Part shown: one piece after another, positions 1-9,667 of the stretch
How positions within the stretch are numbered: the stretch's first letter is position 1
Layout of the letters: the number at the start of each line of letters is the position of its first letter
Notes under the pieces: generated by a model
Told to the model about the DNA's origin: nothing
The model's input: only the letters and a program-made list of their open reading frames with translations
The model's database searches: none
Assembly: GCA_051252135.1 (NCBI GenBank)
Contig: JBPOGH010000009.1
Location: forward strand, 128,001 to 192,000
Source: Verrucomicrobiaceae bacterium
GTDB lineage: Bacteria > Verrucomicrobiota > Verrucomicrobiia > Verrucomicrobiales > Akkermansiaceae
Length of the DNA: 64,000 bases
Direction: 5' to 3'
Translations under genes and position numbers: made by a program

Positions 1-2187
1 TGGAACAAGCTGAATTTCTCCTCGATTGTGCAGCAGGTGAATTTCAACCACCGCGGTGAGCAGGGGCTTTTTGAAGGGGTGGGATTCCGGCTGTTCGAAC
101 TCGCAGGTGTGCCGGCATGCCAGACCCATTACAACCAGTTCTACGTCATTGATGAGACCAGCGAATCGGGAGCCAACCAGTATGAGGGTGACTACTACGG
201 TCTCTTCCTTTCCATCGAGCAGATGGACGGACAGTATCTTGATCAACACGATCTCCCTGATGGAAACCTTTATAAGATCGAAGGTCATTCGGGGGACTCG
301 AATAACCAAGGGCCGTTTTCGGTGAGTGACCGGTCTGATGTGACGGGATTTATCAGCGGGTATCGCAATAACAATCCGACTGCGCAGTGGTGGCGGGACA
401 ATTTCAATCTCGAGAGTTACTACAGCTACCGGACGATTGTGGAGGGGATCCACCACTACGATATTGCGGGAGGGAAAAACTACTTTTACTACCACAATCC
501 GAATACTGACAAATTTCAGGTGCTTCCGTGGGACCTCGATTTGACCTGGGCCAACAACATGTTTGGCAGTGGGAATCACGATTTTTCGAGCAAGGTCGCC
601 CAGAACCCGGCCTTCAACACGGACTATCAAAATCGCGTCCGCGAGATCATGGACCTGCTTTATAATAATGATCAGGCCAACCATTTGATTGAGGAGTCGG
701 TTCGTGATGTTTGGAATCCGGCGGGGCTTTCCCTGGTGGGTGCGGACAGGCGGCTGTGGGACAACAATCCCCGGATCACGACCAAGGATCGTTACTACGA
801 TGTTGCTGCGGACAACGAATTCAGCGGGATGATTGATGTGCTCAAAAACTACGTGGGATCGCGCGGGAGTTGGATGACGAGCAACCTGTTGAGTCAGGAG
901 AACGTGATTCCCGATACGCCTGTCATCACTTACAGCGGGGTGGCGGGCTTCCCGGCAAACGGATTGCAGTTCACCTCAAGCACCTACAGTTCCGGCACTT
1001 CCTTTGCGGCGATGGAATGGCGGGTGGCCGAGGTCTATAATCCCGATACTGCAAATTATGTTCCGGGTGATCCGTTGATTTACGAGATTGAGAATCCCGC
1101 TTCGTCGGGTGTTCTCGGGAGCTTCAACAGTGCCTTCGAGTTTCCGGTGATCGCAGCCCGTCCGGGCAATACCTATCGGGCTCGCGTCCGTCATCAGGAC
1201 TCAGCGGGTCGTTGGAGTCATTGGTCCGAGCCGGTCGAGTTTGTCGCGGGAACTCCCGACGTCACCTTTTATGCTGCCAATCTCCGCGTTTCGGAAATTC
1301 ATTATGATCCGGCTCCAGCGACGCCATCCGAAGAGGCGAACGGCTGGAGGGACTCCGACTTTGAATTCATTGAACTCTACAATATCAGCAATCAGGTGAT
1401 CGACCTCACCGGGTTGCGTTTTACCAAGGGGGTTGATTTTGATTTTCCTGATGGCACCTCCATCGGGCCGAAGGGTTATTTGGTTTTTGTGAAGAATGAA
1501 GCCGCCTTTGAGTCCCGCTACGGCACTCTCCTTCCGGTTGTGGGAACCTGGGATGCTTCCGACAATTTGAGCAGTGGTGAAAACCTCAAGTTATCGCTGG
1601 GGAACGGGACGGCCGTTATCGAGTTCGTGTATGGTTCCACCTCTCCCTGGCCCACTGAACCTGATGGGACGGGCTTCAGCCTGACCTTGGATCAACCTCT
1701 GGCTACCGTGCCGGGGGATCATGCCAATGCGCTTTCGTGGCGGCCGAGCAGACTTTCCGGAGGGAGTCCCGGGACCGATGATCATCTTGATTTCGATGAT
1801 TGGCTGGTTAGCAGCGGTCTGGGTGCCGGAGCTTCGCCTACCGCCGATCCTGATCGTGACGGTCTCAATAACCTTCTTGAGTTCGCTCTCGCATCCAATC
1901 CACTCGTTGCCTCCAGCGGTGATTTGCCCCAAATCGCAACGAGCGAACTGAATATTGGGGGCGGGTCAGGGACCTACCTGACGTTGACCTTCCGTCGTCA
2001 AACTGCGGTGAACGGGTTGGGCTATTTTGTCGAAGTTTCCACGGGTTTGGACTCTTGGGATTCGAGTTTGGCTGTGCTCCATAGCCGTCAGGCCCAATTT
2101 GACGGATCGACATTGGAAACATGGCGTCTGCCGATGCCGCTTCAAAGCGACTCCAGACGCTTTATGAGGCTGCGGGTGGTGCAGTAG
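1..2187 (+). CDS. CotH-kinase / lamin-tail (LTD) domain secreted protein, 5'-partial
   Basis: Frame 1 is open from base 1 to TAG at 2185-2187. CotH-like motifs (HHYDI..KNYFYY, PWDLDLTW), LTD motif (LRVSEIHYDP...EFIELYN), DPDRDG repeat and C-terminal RRFMRLRVVQ. Confidence 0.85.
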   Translation, partial: WNKLNFSSIVQQVNFNHRGEQGLFEGVGFRLFELAGVPACQTHYNQFYVIDETSESGANQYEGDYYGLFLSIEQMDGQYLDQHDLPDGNLYKIEGHSGDSNNQGPFSVSDRSDVTGFISGYRNNNPTAQWWRDNFNLESYYSYRTIVEGIHHYDIAGGKNYFYYHNPNTDKFQVLPWDLDLTWANNMFGSGNHDFSSKVAQNPAFNTDYQNRVREIMDLLYNNDQANHLIEESVRDVWNPAGLSLVGADRRLWDNNPRITTKDRYYDVAADNEFSGMIDVLKNYVGSRGSWMTSNLLSQENVIPDTPVITYSGVAGFPANGLQFTSSTYSSGTSFAAMEWRVAEVYNPDTANYVPGDPLIYEIENPASSGVLGSFNSAFEFPVIAARPGNTYRARVRHQDSAGRWSHWSEPVEFVAGTPDVTFYAANLRVSEIHYDPAPATPSEEANGWRDSDFEFIELYNISNQVIDLTGLRFTKGVDFDFPDGTSIGPKGYLVFVKNEAAFESRYGTLLPVVGTWDASDNLSSGENLKLSLGNGTAVIEFVYGSTSPWPTEPDGTGFSLTLDQPLATVPGDHANALSWRPSRLSGGSPGTDDHLDFDDWLVSSGLGAGASPTADPDRDGLNNLLEFALASNPLVASSGDLPQIATSELNIGGGSGTYLTLTFRRQTAVNGLGYFVEVSTGLDSWDSSLAVLHSRQAQFDGSTLETWRLPMPLQSDSRRFMRLRVVQ

Positions 2188-2240
2188 GAGGAGATAGAAT
2201 AGGATGCACGGAAGGGTATTGGAGAGACATTCATCTTCCC

Positions 2241-5200
2241 ATGCGATTTCTGTTATTTCTCCTCTTAGGTCTCCTTCCGTTAACGGCCCAAATCACCTAC
2301 GAGGGAACTTCCGGTCCCGGTAAGGGGAAGCACATTGTTTTTGTGGCTTCGGATCACGAATACCGAACCGAGGAAACCTGCCCGGCCCTTGCCCGTATTC
2401 TGGCCGAGCACCACGGATTCAAGACCACTGTTTGCTTCGGAGTCGATCAGAAGGGTTTCATCAAGGCCGGTGCTTCCAGGATTGAGGGACTCGAAGCTCT
2501 AAAGGATGCCGATCTCATGGTGATCTTTGCCCGTTTTCTTGATCTTCCTGATGAGCAGATGAAGCACATTGCGGATTATATTGATCGGGGCGGCCCGGTA
2601 GTGGGGCTGCGGACGTCTTCCCACGCTTTCAAGATCAAGCCGGGAAAGACCTATTCGCACTATGACTTCCAATACGAAGGGGAAGAGTTTGAAAAAGGCT
2701 TTGGTCACCAGATTCTCGGAAACACGTGGGTGGGCCACTATGGCAAGAATCACAAGCAGGCGACCCGGATTCAGCTGATTCCCTCCCAGAAGAAAAACCC
2801 AATCCTCACAGGTGTTGCGGATAATGCCCTCACGATGGCCGGGGCATACGTCGGGATTCCCGATGACACCTTCACCGTGCTCACCGAGAGTCAGCCGCTC
2901 AAGGGAATGACCATCGATTCACCCGCTGATGAAACCAAGCCACCAAGTCCCTCGACCTGGACCCGATATTACACTTCAACATCGGGTAGGAAGGCTCGTG
3001 TTTTTCATTCCACCCAAGGCGCCTCTCAGGACATTCTTGATCCCAACTACCGTCGACTCATATTGAATGGCATCTACTGGGCGGTGGGGATGGAGGGGGA
3101 GATCAAGGCGGACTCAAAGATCGACTTCGTCGGCGCTTACCAACCTTCCCGGTTTAGTTTCGGAGGTGAGGTCAAGGGTGTGAAGCCGTCGGACCTGGCG
3201 GACATCAACTCGCCGATAATGCCCAAAAATGAGGCCAACAAGAATCACGGCAGTGCCAACAAGACCGATGGTCGAAACAAAGAATCCGCCATCGAGGCTC
3301 CCGGGAAAGACCCCGGACTTGCGAAATACTACATCAATTTCAAGACTTCTCCCCGAGCGGAGAGAGCTGAGCCTGTTGCCACGACACTTCCGCTTCAGCT
3401 GAGAAAAGGCGATCGCATCGCCTTTATCGGCAACCTCCTTCTGGATGCCGAACGTCGCCACGGTCATCTCGAAACTCTCCTTCATCATCATCATCCGGAT
3501 CATCAGCTCACCATTCGGAACCTTGCGTGGCCGGCTGATGAGGTCGACCTCATGCCGCGTCCTGATAATTTTGGCGATCTTGATCAGCATCTGACTTATT
3601 TTAAGGCGGACGTCATTTTTGCGGCCTTTGGCGCCAATGAATCCTTCGGTGGTTCCGACGGACTTTCGTCTTTCAAAGAGCGGCTTGATCGATTCCTCAC
3701 CCATCTCAAGACGCAGGCCTACAATGGTGAGGCGGCGGCCCGAATCGTGCTCATCTCTCCAGTCGCCAACGAGGAAGAAGCAGGGGAGCGCAACAACGCC
3801 AACCTTCGGCTCTATTCCAACGCCTTGGCCGAGGCGGCCAAAAATCACGGGATCGGTTTCGTTGATGTCATGGACAAACTTCCCACGATCTACATCAGCA
3901 AATTACGTCCAAACACCAGTGATGGATATCAGCTCAACGCCCAGGGTCATGCCGTTTTCGCCGGGGCCACGATGAAGGCGCTCTTCGGACAGGACCCTTC
4001 GGTGATCAACGAAGATCTTCGCAAGCTTGTTGTCGATAAAGCGACCCAGTTTTTTTACCGCTACCGCCCGCTCAACACGTTTTACTACACGGGTGCCCGG
4101 AACAAATCGTATGGCTATCTCGATTTTCTCCCTGCGATGCGAAACTTCGACATGATGGTGGCCAATCGCGATAACGCGATTCACGCGACGGCTTCCACAG
4201 GCAAGCTCGTTCAGCCGGATGACTCGAATCTTCCCAAGCTTGACGACGTCCTCCTTTCCCGTGGGGCGAACAAGTTCCTTTCCGTCGCCGACGAGCAGGC
4301 GGCCTTCAAGGTCGATCCCCGTTTTGAGGTCAACTGCTTCGCCTCCGAGGAAGACTTTCCCGAAATGGCCTGTCCGATCCAGATGCGCTGGGACAAGCAC
4401 GGTCGACTTTGGGTGTCGACTTCTGTCACCTACCCGCACGTTTATCCCGGGCAAAAGCCGCAGGATAAAATCATCATTCTTGAGGACACCGATCAGGATG
4501 GTAAAGCCGACACGTGCACCACTTGGGCCGATGATCTCCACATTCCCCTCTCCTTCGTGCTTGATGGAAATGGCGGTGTCTATTGCTCCGAAGAACCCCA
4601 TCTCACCCACCTGACCGACCGTGATGGTGACGGAAAAATGGACCACCGGGAAATCCTCTTCACCGGGTTCGGTTGTGAGGACTCCCACCACGCGCTCCAC
4701 GATTTCACCTGGACTCCCGGTGGCGATCTTCTCTTTCGTGAATCGATCTTCCACAACACCCAAGTGGAGACCGCCTACGGCCCCATCCGCGCGAAGAACT
4801 CCTCGTGGTTTCTTTATCACCCTTCGTCGAAAAAGCTGACTGCCTTTGGTGCCTATCCCAATACCAACCCTTGGGGAGTCACCTTTGACAAATGGGGGAA
4901 CCACGTGGCCTCGCACCCGGTCTTCGCCTCTACCTTTCATGCCACCAATCCCGTCTATCCGGCGCAGCACTCTGCGGTTGGGAAAGACTTCCAAGCCTAC
5001 TCCGGCACCTGCGGACACGACTTTGTTGATCACGAATTCTGGCCCGAGGAAATGCAAGGGGGCTTTATCAAGGCGCGATACAAGCCCACCAATAAAATCG
5101 AATTCCACACCTGGACCGAGAAGGAAGATCACTTTGCGGAGGAGTTTCAATTTGATCTGATCTTTTCCACCAACCTGTCCTTCATTCCCGTCGATCTCCA

Positions 5201-6338
5201 CTTTGGGCCCCGCGGCGATCTCTACATCTGCGACTGGTACAACCCCGTCAAAGGTCACGCCCAGTATTCCCTCCGCGACCCCCGTCGTGATCGGAAAGCA
5301 GGTCGCATTTGGCGTGTCATTCCGAAAGGGGCCAAACTCCCGCCAGCACCAAAAATCGCCGGAGCTTCCATCACCGAACTCCTCGAACACCTCAAGTCTC
5401 CGAACTACCGCACCCGGTACTTTGCCAAGCGTGAGCTCCGCACGAAGGACAAAGAAGCAGTTCTTACCGCTGTCTCAAACTATCTCCAAAATTATTCGGG
5501 ATTGCATGATACCTCACTCATGCTTCTGGAAGCCCTTTGGGTGCAACAAGCTTTTGATTCGGCGGACCCTGCTTTTCTTGGTCGCCTACTCAATGAAGAT
5601 GACCCTTTGGTTGCTGCTTCTGCCTTTGGAGTTATGCGCTTTTCGAAAACACCATCGATGCTTGTAAGGAGCTTCCTGAATCGTGGAGCGAGCCACCCTT
5701 CCCAGCACGTCCGCCGAGAGGCGGTTCTTTGCGCCAGCTATCTTGGCTCCAAAGAAACTGTGGAAGCCATCTCCCCCGTTCTCGATCTCCCGGCTGGCCC
5801 GCACCTTTCCTACGCGATCACTACGGCTTTCAACTCCGCCGCCCTCAAGCCCTACTGGCTCCCCGGCACCGCCGAGAAACTCAAGCGCTTCGCCCCCAAG
5901 GCTACCGAAAAGAAAGACCGACGCTCCAAGGAGCAGCGCAAATTCGACAGCCAAAAGAATCTCGCCACCATCCAGATTGGCACCATTCCCGAGCGCCTTC
6001 TGTTTACAAAGACCAAGCTTTCGGCAACGCCCGGTCAGCCTTTGAGGCTCATCTTCTCAAATCCCGACGCCACCGAGCACAACCTACTGATTCTCGCAAA
6101 AGATACCCCGATACAGGAAATCGGAGAAGCGGCCAATCTGATGGCCGCCGATCCCGAAGCAGCGAAGAAGCACTATATCCCCGATGACAAGCGCATCCTT
6201 CACGCTACCAAAATGCTCAAGCAAGGTCAGTCGCAAACCCTGCGCTTCAACGCGCCCAGCGAGCCCGGCACCTATCCCTATCTCTGCACCTTCCCCGGTC
6301 ACTGGATCATCATGAAGGGCGAGCTCATTGTGAAGTAA
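2241..6338 (+). CDS. Multidomain secreted protein: ThuA-like + degenerate SGNH + PVC-type membrane-bound dehydrogenase beta-propeller + HEAT-like + cupredoxin (azurin/auracyanin-like)
   Basis: Signal peptide MRFLLFLLLGLLPLTA at ATG 2241. ThuA-like 'HIVFVASDHEY...GGPVVGLRTSSHAF'. Propeller 'FEVNCFASE..PIQMRWDKHGRLWV', 'GPRGDLYICDWYN'. Type-1 Cu ligands HN...CTFPGHWIIM. Confidence 0.85.
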   Translation: MRFLLFLLLGLLPLTAQITYEGTSGPGKGKHIVFVASDHEYRTEETCPALARILAEHHGFKTTVCFGVDQKGFIKAGASRIEGLEALKDADLMVIFARFLDLPDEQMKHIADYIDRGGPVVGLRTSSHAFKIKPGKTYSHYDFQYEGEEFEKGFGHQILGNTWVGHYGKNHKQATRIQLIPSQKKNPILTGVADNALTMAGAYVGIPDDTFTVLTESQPLKGMTIDSPADETKPPSPSTWTRYYTSTSGRKARVFHSTQGASQDILDPNYRRLILNGIYWAVGMEGEIKADSKIDFVGAYQPSRFSFGGEVKGVKPSDLADINSPIMPKNEANKNHGSANKTDGRNKESAIEAPGKDPGLAKYYINFKTSPRAERAEPVATTLPLQLRKGDRIAFIGNLLLDAERRHGHLETLLHHHHPDHQLTIRNLAWPADEVDLMPRPDNFGDLDQHLTYFKADVIFAAFGANESFGGSDGLSSFKERLDRFLTHLKTQAYNGEAAARIVLISPVANEEEAGERNNANLRLYSNALAEAAKNHGIGFVDVMDKLPTIYISKLRPNTSDGYQLNAQGHAVFAGATMKALFGQDPSVINEDLRKLVVDKATQFFYRYRPLNTFYYTGARNKSYGYLDFLPAMRNFDMMVANRDNAIHATASTGKLVQPDDSNLPKLDDVLLSRGANKFLSVADEQAAFKVDPRFEVNCFASEEDFPEMACPIQMRWDKHGRLWVSTSVTYPHVYPGQKPQDKIIILEDTDQDGKADTCTTWADDLHIPLSFVLDGNGGVYCSEEPHLTHLTDRDGDGKMDHREILFTGFGCEDSHHALHDFTWTPGGDLLFRESIFHNTQVETAYGPIRAKNSSWFLYHPSSKKLTAFGAYPNTNPWGVTFDKWGNHVASHPVFASTFHATNPVYPAQHSAVGKDFQAYSGTCGHDFVDHEFWPEEMQGGFIKARYKPTNKIEFHTWTEKEDHFAEEFQFDLIFSTNLSFIPVDLHFGPRGDLYICDWYNPVKGHAQYSLRDPRRDRKAGRIWRVIPKGAKLPPAPKIAGASITELLEHLKSPNYRTRYFAKRELRTKDKEAVLTAVSNYLQNYSGLHDTSLMLLEALWVQQAFDSADPAFLGRLLNEDDPLVAASAFGVMRFSKTPSMLVRSFLNRGASHPSQHVRREAVLCASYLGSKETVEAISPVLDLPAGPHLSYAITTAFNSAALKPYWLPGTAEKLKRFAPKATEKKDRRSKEQRKFDSQKNLATIQIGTIPERLLFTKTKLSATPGQPLRLIFSNPDATEHNLLILAKDTPIQEIGEAANLMAADPEAAKKHYIPDDKRILHATKMLKQGQSQTLRFNAPSEPGTYPYLCTFPGHWIIMKGELIVK

Positions 6339-6503
6339 TCAGGTTTGGAAATTGGGCCGCGACTCCTCCCGCCCTTCATTGCAACGGATTAAGTTTGCGA
6401 AAGTTGTGGTGTGGAGCCCGAGTCTGGGTTAGGGCCTTGAGTCGGCTTGTGCCTCCATTGGTTTCTTTGACTGATGTTTCACTGCACGAGCCATTTTATT
6501 ACG

Positions 6504-6776
6504 ATGAAAATGTATGTAGGCAACATGTCGTTCGATACGACTAAAGCAGAACTCGAGTCTTTCTTTTCCCAGTATGGTACGGTGACCGATGTTCACGTTC
6601 CTGAAGACCGGGAGACCGGGCGTCCACGTGGCTTCGCCTTCGTGACGATGGACTCCAAGTCCGCGATGGTAGACGCCATCAAAGGTGCCGACGGCCAGGA
6701 CCTGGACGGACGTAACCTCAAGGTGAACGAAGCCAAGCCACGCGAAGAGCGCGGTGGTGGTGGCGGTCGCTACTAA
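6504..6776 (+). CDS. RRM (RNP-1) RNA-binding protein with Gly-rich tail
   Basis: RNP-2 MYVGNM, RNP-1 RGFAFVTM, ends [19 protein letters not shown]. Confidence 0.95.
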   Translation: MKMYVGNMSFDTTKAELESFFSQYGTVTDVHVPEDRETGRPRGFAFVTMDSKSAMVDAIKGADGQDLDGRNLKVNEAKPREERGGGGGRY

Positions 6777-6798
6777 TTCCGCTTCAACGGATTTTTTC

Positions 6799-6834
6799 AA
6801 AAGGCGAAGCGCTTCACGGTGCTTTGCCTTTTTT
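6799..6834. terminator. Probable bidirectional intrinsic terminator
   Basis: AAAAGGCGAAGC-loop-GCTTTGCCTTTTTT between convergent genes. Confidence 0.75.
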
Positions 6835-6839
6835 ATTGT

Positions 6840-7211
6840 TTACGAAGAGGCGGATGGGTGGGGATAGAGTTCTTCCCTCGTGATTTCCTTGAGGCTAAAG
6901 CGACGAAAAGCCTCTCCGCCGACATCCCGCCATCCGGAGGGCCAACCTCCGTCCTTGTTGAGAACTTCATCAGGATTCAATCCGGGTGCGATGTAGGCCA
7001 TGGCAAACCAGCCCTGTAAAAATTCGTCATGGCTCAGATCGCGAATGTTGGCCCGCTGACTGAGGATCAAGTGGAGCCTGACGTGAGCCTCCTGGGAAGA
7101 CTTCGGGATGGGGGAGCCCTCCTGCGTGTCTTCCTGTGACCGTGTCGTCATGTGCTCGTGGGATTGGAGAATTTTGCCGAAAGAGGGGAAATTGAACTTG
7201 GGGAATTTCAT
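6840..7211 (-). CDS. Hypothetical protein, third gene of the DUF1611-racemase operon
   Basis: 123-aa ORF whose ATG (7211-7209) overlaps the racemase TGA (7210-7208) as ATGA. No family recognised. Confidence 0.55.
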   Translation of the reverse strand: MKFPKFNFPSFGKILQSHEHMTTRSQEDTQEGSPIPKSSQEAHVRLHLILSQRANIRDLSHDEFLQGWFAMAYIAPGLNPDEVLNKDGGWPSGWRDVGGEAFRRFSLKEITREELYPHPSASS

Positions 7212-8320
7212 GCTTTCGTTGGGTGAAGTTTGACCGGAGGCGACTTCATCACCTTGGAAATGAAGGGGGAGGTCATGGCGCGGAGGAGGGCGCTGTAGTC
7301 GAGCTGAAAGGAGACTTCGGTTCCGGGCTTGATGGCCCCGCGTTCTTTGCTCACGTCCAGAACGAGGTGATCACTGCTTGCCGCCAGGATAGGGAGACCG
7401 GAAGGGGGAAGGAGTCCGTCGGGGTCGATATCCTGTCGTCCGACTGCGAGAATGGCCTGGGAGATGGTGCCTTGATCATTGTTTGTGACCACTTTGCCAA
7501 AGGCGGATTGTGCGATCGTTCCCCAGGGCTTTGTGGGTTTGTTTTTCAACTCGATCACTTCTGCGACCAAGGTGATGGCATCGGAGTGCAGGCCATTGAT
7601 GGCTTTTCGGTGAAGTGGTTCACAGCCCAGAAGCATGGCTTCGCCCAGACGCAAATTGTTGATGCGGCCGGTATTTGCACCGCCCAATGCCCAATCAAGA
7701 TTGGCGGAATTTCCTCCGGAAACGGTGTTCACGATGGGGCCAAAGGTGGCATCGATCGAGTCCGCGAGCGCGGAGAGTTTTGCCATGTTATTCCGGTCCG
7801 GGGAGACCCCGCTGCGGCACGCAAGGTTCGTCCCGATCCCCATGAAGAGAATGTTTGGAAGCTGAAGCACGGCGCGCACTGTCTTTTCCAACATGGAGGG
7901 CATGATGCCTTCGCGAAGGTCGCCAAGCTCCACCATGAGCACGATCCCGTGGATACAGCGGGCCTTTTCAGCGGCCTCCGAGAGTTTGCGGATGATGGTG
8001 ATTTCGGTATTTAAACTGACATTTGAGACCGCCACGACCTGATCCACCTGACTCAACATCGGGGTACGGATGAGCGTCATGGAGGCATTGATCTGAGCGG
8101 AGCGCATGCGGCTCATGTTCTCGACCCGGGAATCACCCAAGCCGGTCACGCCTGCTTTGAGCCATGCTCTGGCAATCGCGGGAAGGCCCAGAGTTGCCTT
8201 GGTCACGCCGGTGACAGAGATGCCTTTGTCTCCGAGACGGGTGACGAGGGTCCGGGCATTGTGGGTGATCTTGTCGAGATCGATCTCCAGGCGCGGTGAA
8301 GGTGTTTGGTCTAGTTTGAT
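7208..8320 (-). CDS. Alanine/ornithine racemase-family PLP-dependent enzyme (start codon non-canonical or mutated)
   Basis: The frame continues upstream of the track start as PRLEIDLDKITHNARTLVTRLGDKGISVTGVTK (PLP Lys in VTK). Also MVELGDLREG, GIGTNLAC, SGGNS, LRLGEA, ASSDHL. Only ATC at 8320 follows the SD GGAGGA. Confidence 0.85.
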   Translation of the reverse strand: MKLDQTPSPRLEIDLDKITHNARTLVTRLGDKGISVTGVTKATLGLPAIARAWLKAGVTGLGDSRVENMSRMRSAQINASMTLIRTPMLSQVDQVVAVSNVSLNTEITIIRKLSEAAEKARCIHGIVLMVELGDLREGIMPSMLEKTVRAVLQLPNILFMGIGTNLACRSGVSPDRNNMAKLSALADSIDATFGPIVNTVSGGNSANLDWALGGANTGRINNLRLGEAMLLGCEPLHRKAINGLHSDAITLVAEVIELKNKPTKPWGTIAQSAFGKVVTNNDQGTISQAILAVGRQDIDPDGLLPPSGLPILAASSDHLVLDVSKERGAIKPGTEVSFQLDYSALLRAMTSPFISKVMKSPPVKLHPTKA

Positions 8321-9495
8321 GACTTTCCTCCGATCTGTGGGAAAGCGGAGAGGACCATCTCTACCAGTCGATCGGGTGATCGGGTCAGGGCGTCGCTGAC
8401 GGGGATGCCAAACTGCTCCTCGTATTCCGCGATGGAAGTGGAGACTTCGGCATCCGTCATGCCCTCGTGATTGAGGGTAAGGCCGATGACTTTCGTTTGT
8501 GCAAAGGTCTCTATGAGGTTGATCTCAGTGGCCGGATCAGGCATCGCCATGAGCTCGAAGTCACAGCGATGTGTTCTTTTGGGAGCGTGCTGGAGCACGA
8601 CGCCCTGGGGGCAACTGCCGCGGATGATGAAGCTGGAGGTGGAGTAGGCGGGGTGACTCAGGGAGCCCTGCCCCTCAATCAGGATCACGTCAGGATCCTC
8701 GTTTTCAAAGGCTTCGACAATGGTGGCTTCCAGTTCCCCTGCGCAGAACTGGGAGGGTACCGCATCAAGTGCGAGGCCGTAGCGCGCGCCTTGAATTAAG
8801 CCGGTCTGACCGGTGCCAATCATGACGGCTTTAATCCCGCGCTCGTTAAGGGCGCGGGTGAGGACGGTGGCGGTGGTGCGTTTTCCGATGGCACAGTCGG
8901 TGCCCAGAACGGCGATGCGCGGGCAGGTGACATTGGCGATGCGACCGCTAAAAACCCTGAGATGTTTCTTGTCACGAGGGCGTCGCACATCGCGAATGAC
9001 GACTCCGGAATCGGCTGCGGCTTCTACGAATTCCGGGTCATCGTTGAGGAATTCATGAAGGCCGTTTACGATATTCATGCCATACCTGATGGCTCTAATG
9101 ATCAGTGTTCTCTCGTCAGGCGAAAGCATGCCGCTGGCCGGAGCGATTCCGAAGATGAAGTAGTCGGGGATGCATCCGGCGTCCGAGAGGGCCTGGTCCA
9201 GGCTCCGGAAGATCGGGATTCCGTTCGGCTGATCGTCGAGAATTTTACCGGCGTCCTGACCGGCCTTTTTACTATCGATGATTGAAAGGATCTCGTACTT
9301 CTCCGAATGACGAACGAGGCCGTTGGCGGTTTTTCCATCGATTTCTCCAAAGTGACCCTCGCAGTAGACGATTGCTGTTTCCGAATGGGTTGAAGCGAGG
9401 ATTGCTTTTTCGGCGTCCCCACTTTGGACTGTCACGGGACTTCGAAAGTCGTCTGAAAAGATCGACCCGACGGGGGATTGGTTTGTTTTAGGCAT
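8311..9495 (-). CDS. DUF1611 / DgcN-like P-loop protein
   Basis: Motifs GKTANGLVRHS, NGLHEFL, GTDCAIGKRTT, GTGQTG, IEGQGSLSHPAY. SD GAGGAG before ATG at 9495. Confidence 0.85.
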   Translation of the reverse strand: MPKTNQSPVGSIFSDDFRSPVTVQSGDAEKAILASTHSETAIVYCEGHFGEIDGKTANGLVRHSEKYEILSIIDSKKAGQDAGKILDDQPNGIPIFRSLDQALSDAGCIPDYFIFGIAPASGMLSPDERTLIIRAIRYGMNIVNGLHEFLNDDPEFVEAAADSGVVIRDVRRPRDKKHLRVFSGRIANVTCPRIAVLGTDCAIGKRTTATVLTRALNERGIKAVMIGTGQTGLIQGARYGLALDAVPSQFCAGELEATIVEAFENEDPDVILIEGQGSLSHPAYSTSSFIIRGSCPQGVVLQHAPKRTHRCDFELMAMPDPATEINLIETFAQTKVIGLTLNHEGMTDAEVSTSIAEYEEQFGIPVSDALTRSPDRLVEMVLSAFPQIGGKSSN

Positions 9496-9500
9496 AGGCA

Positions 9501-9615
9501 CTCCTCGAGCTAGGCTCGGAGGAGGCGACGGGATCGTGTCGGCCGGAAGTGGCCAAGAGTCAACGGGAGGTCCCACCCAAGATGAACTGGTAAGACGGTC
9601 TTTTACCACAGTTCC
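9501..9615 (-). promoter_or_regulatory. Structured 5' leader with SD-sequestering hairpin (candidate cis-regulatory RNA)
   Basis: Minus strand CTCCT-C-CGAGC-CTA-GCTCG-AGGAG pairs the SD. Upstream hairpins GAAC-TG-TGGTAA...TTACCA-GTTC and GGCC-ACTTCC-GGCC. Confidence 0.45.
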
Positions 9616-9667
9616 GTGGCATGGATAGGAATAACTTTTTTGCTCTTCCGCTCGAACACTCTGGAGA

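Noticed and set aside
2121..2240. ORF-track N-terminal extension of the 1405-aa protein
   Set aside because: It overlaps the upstream gene; the signal peptide begins at ATG 2241.
3114..5390. Long antisense ORFs (244 aa, 495 aa)
   Set aside because: They shadow a well-supported gene, arise from GC-rich codon bias and show no motifs.
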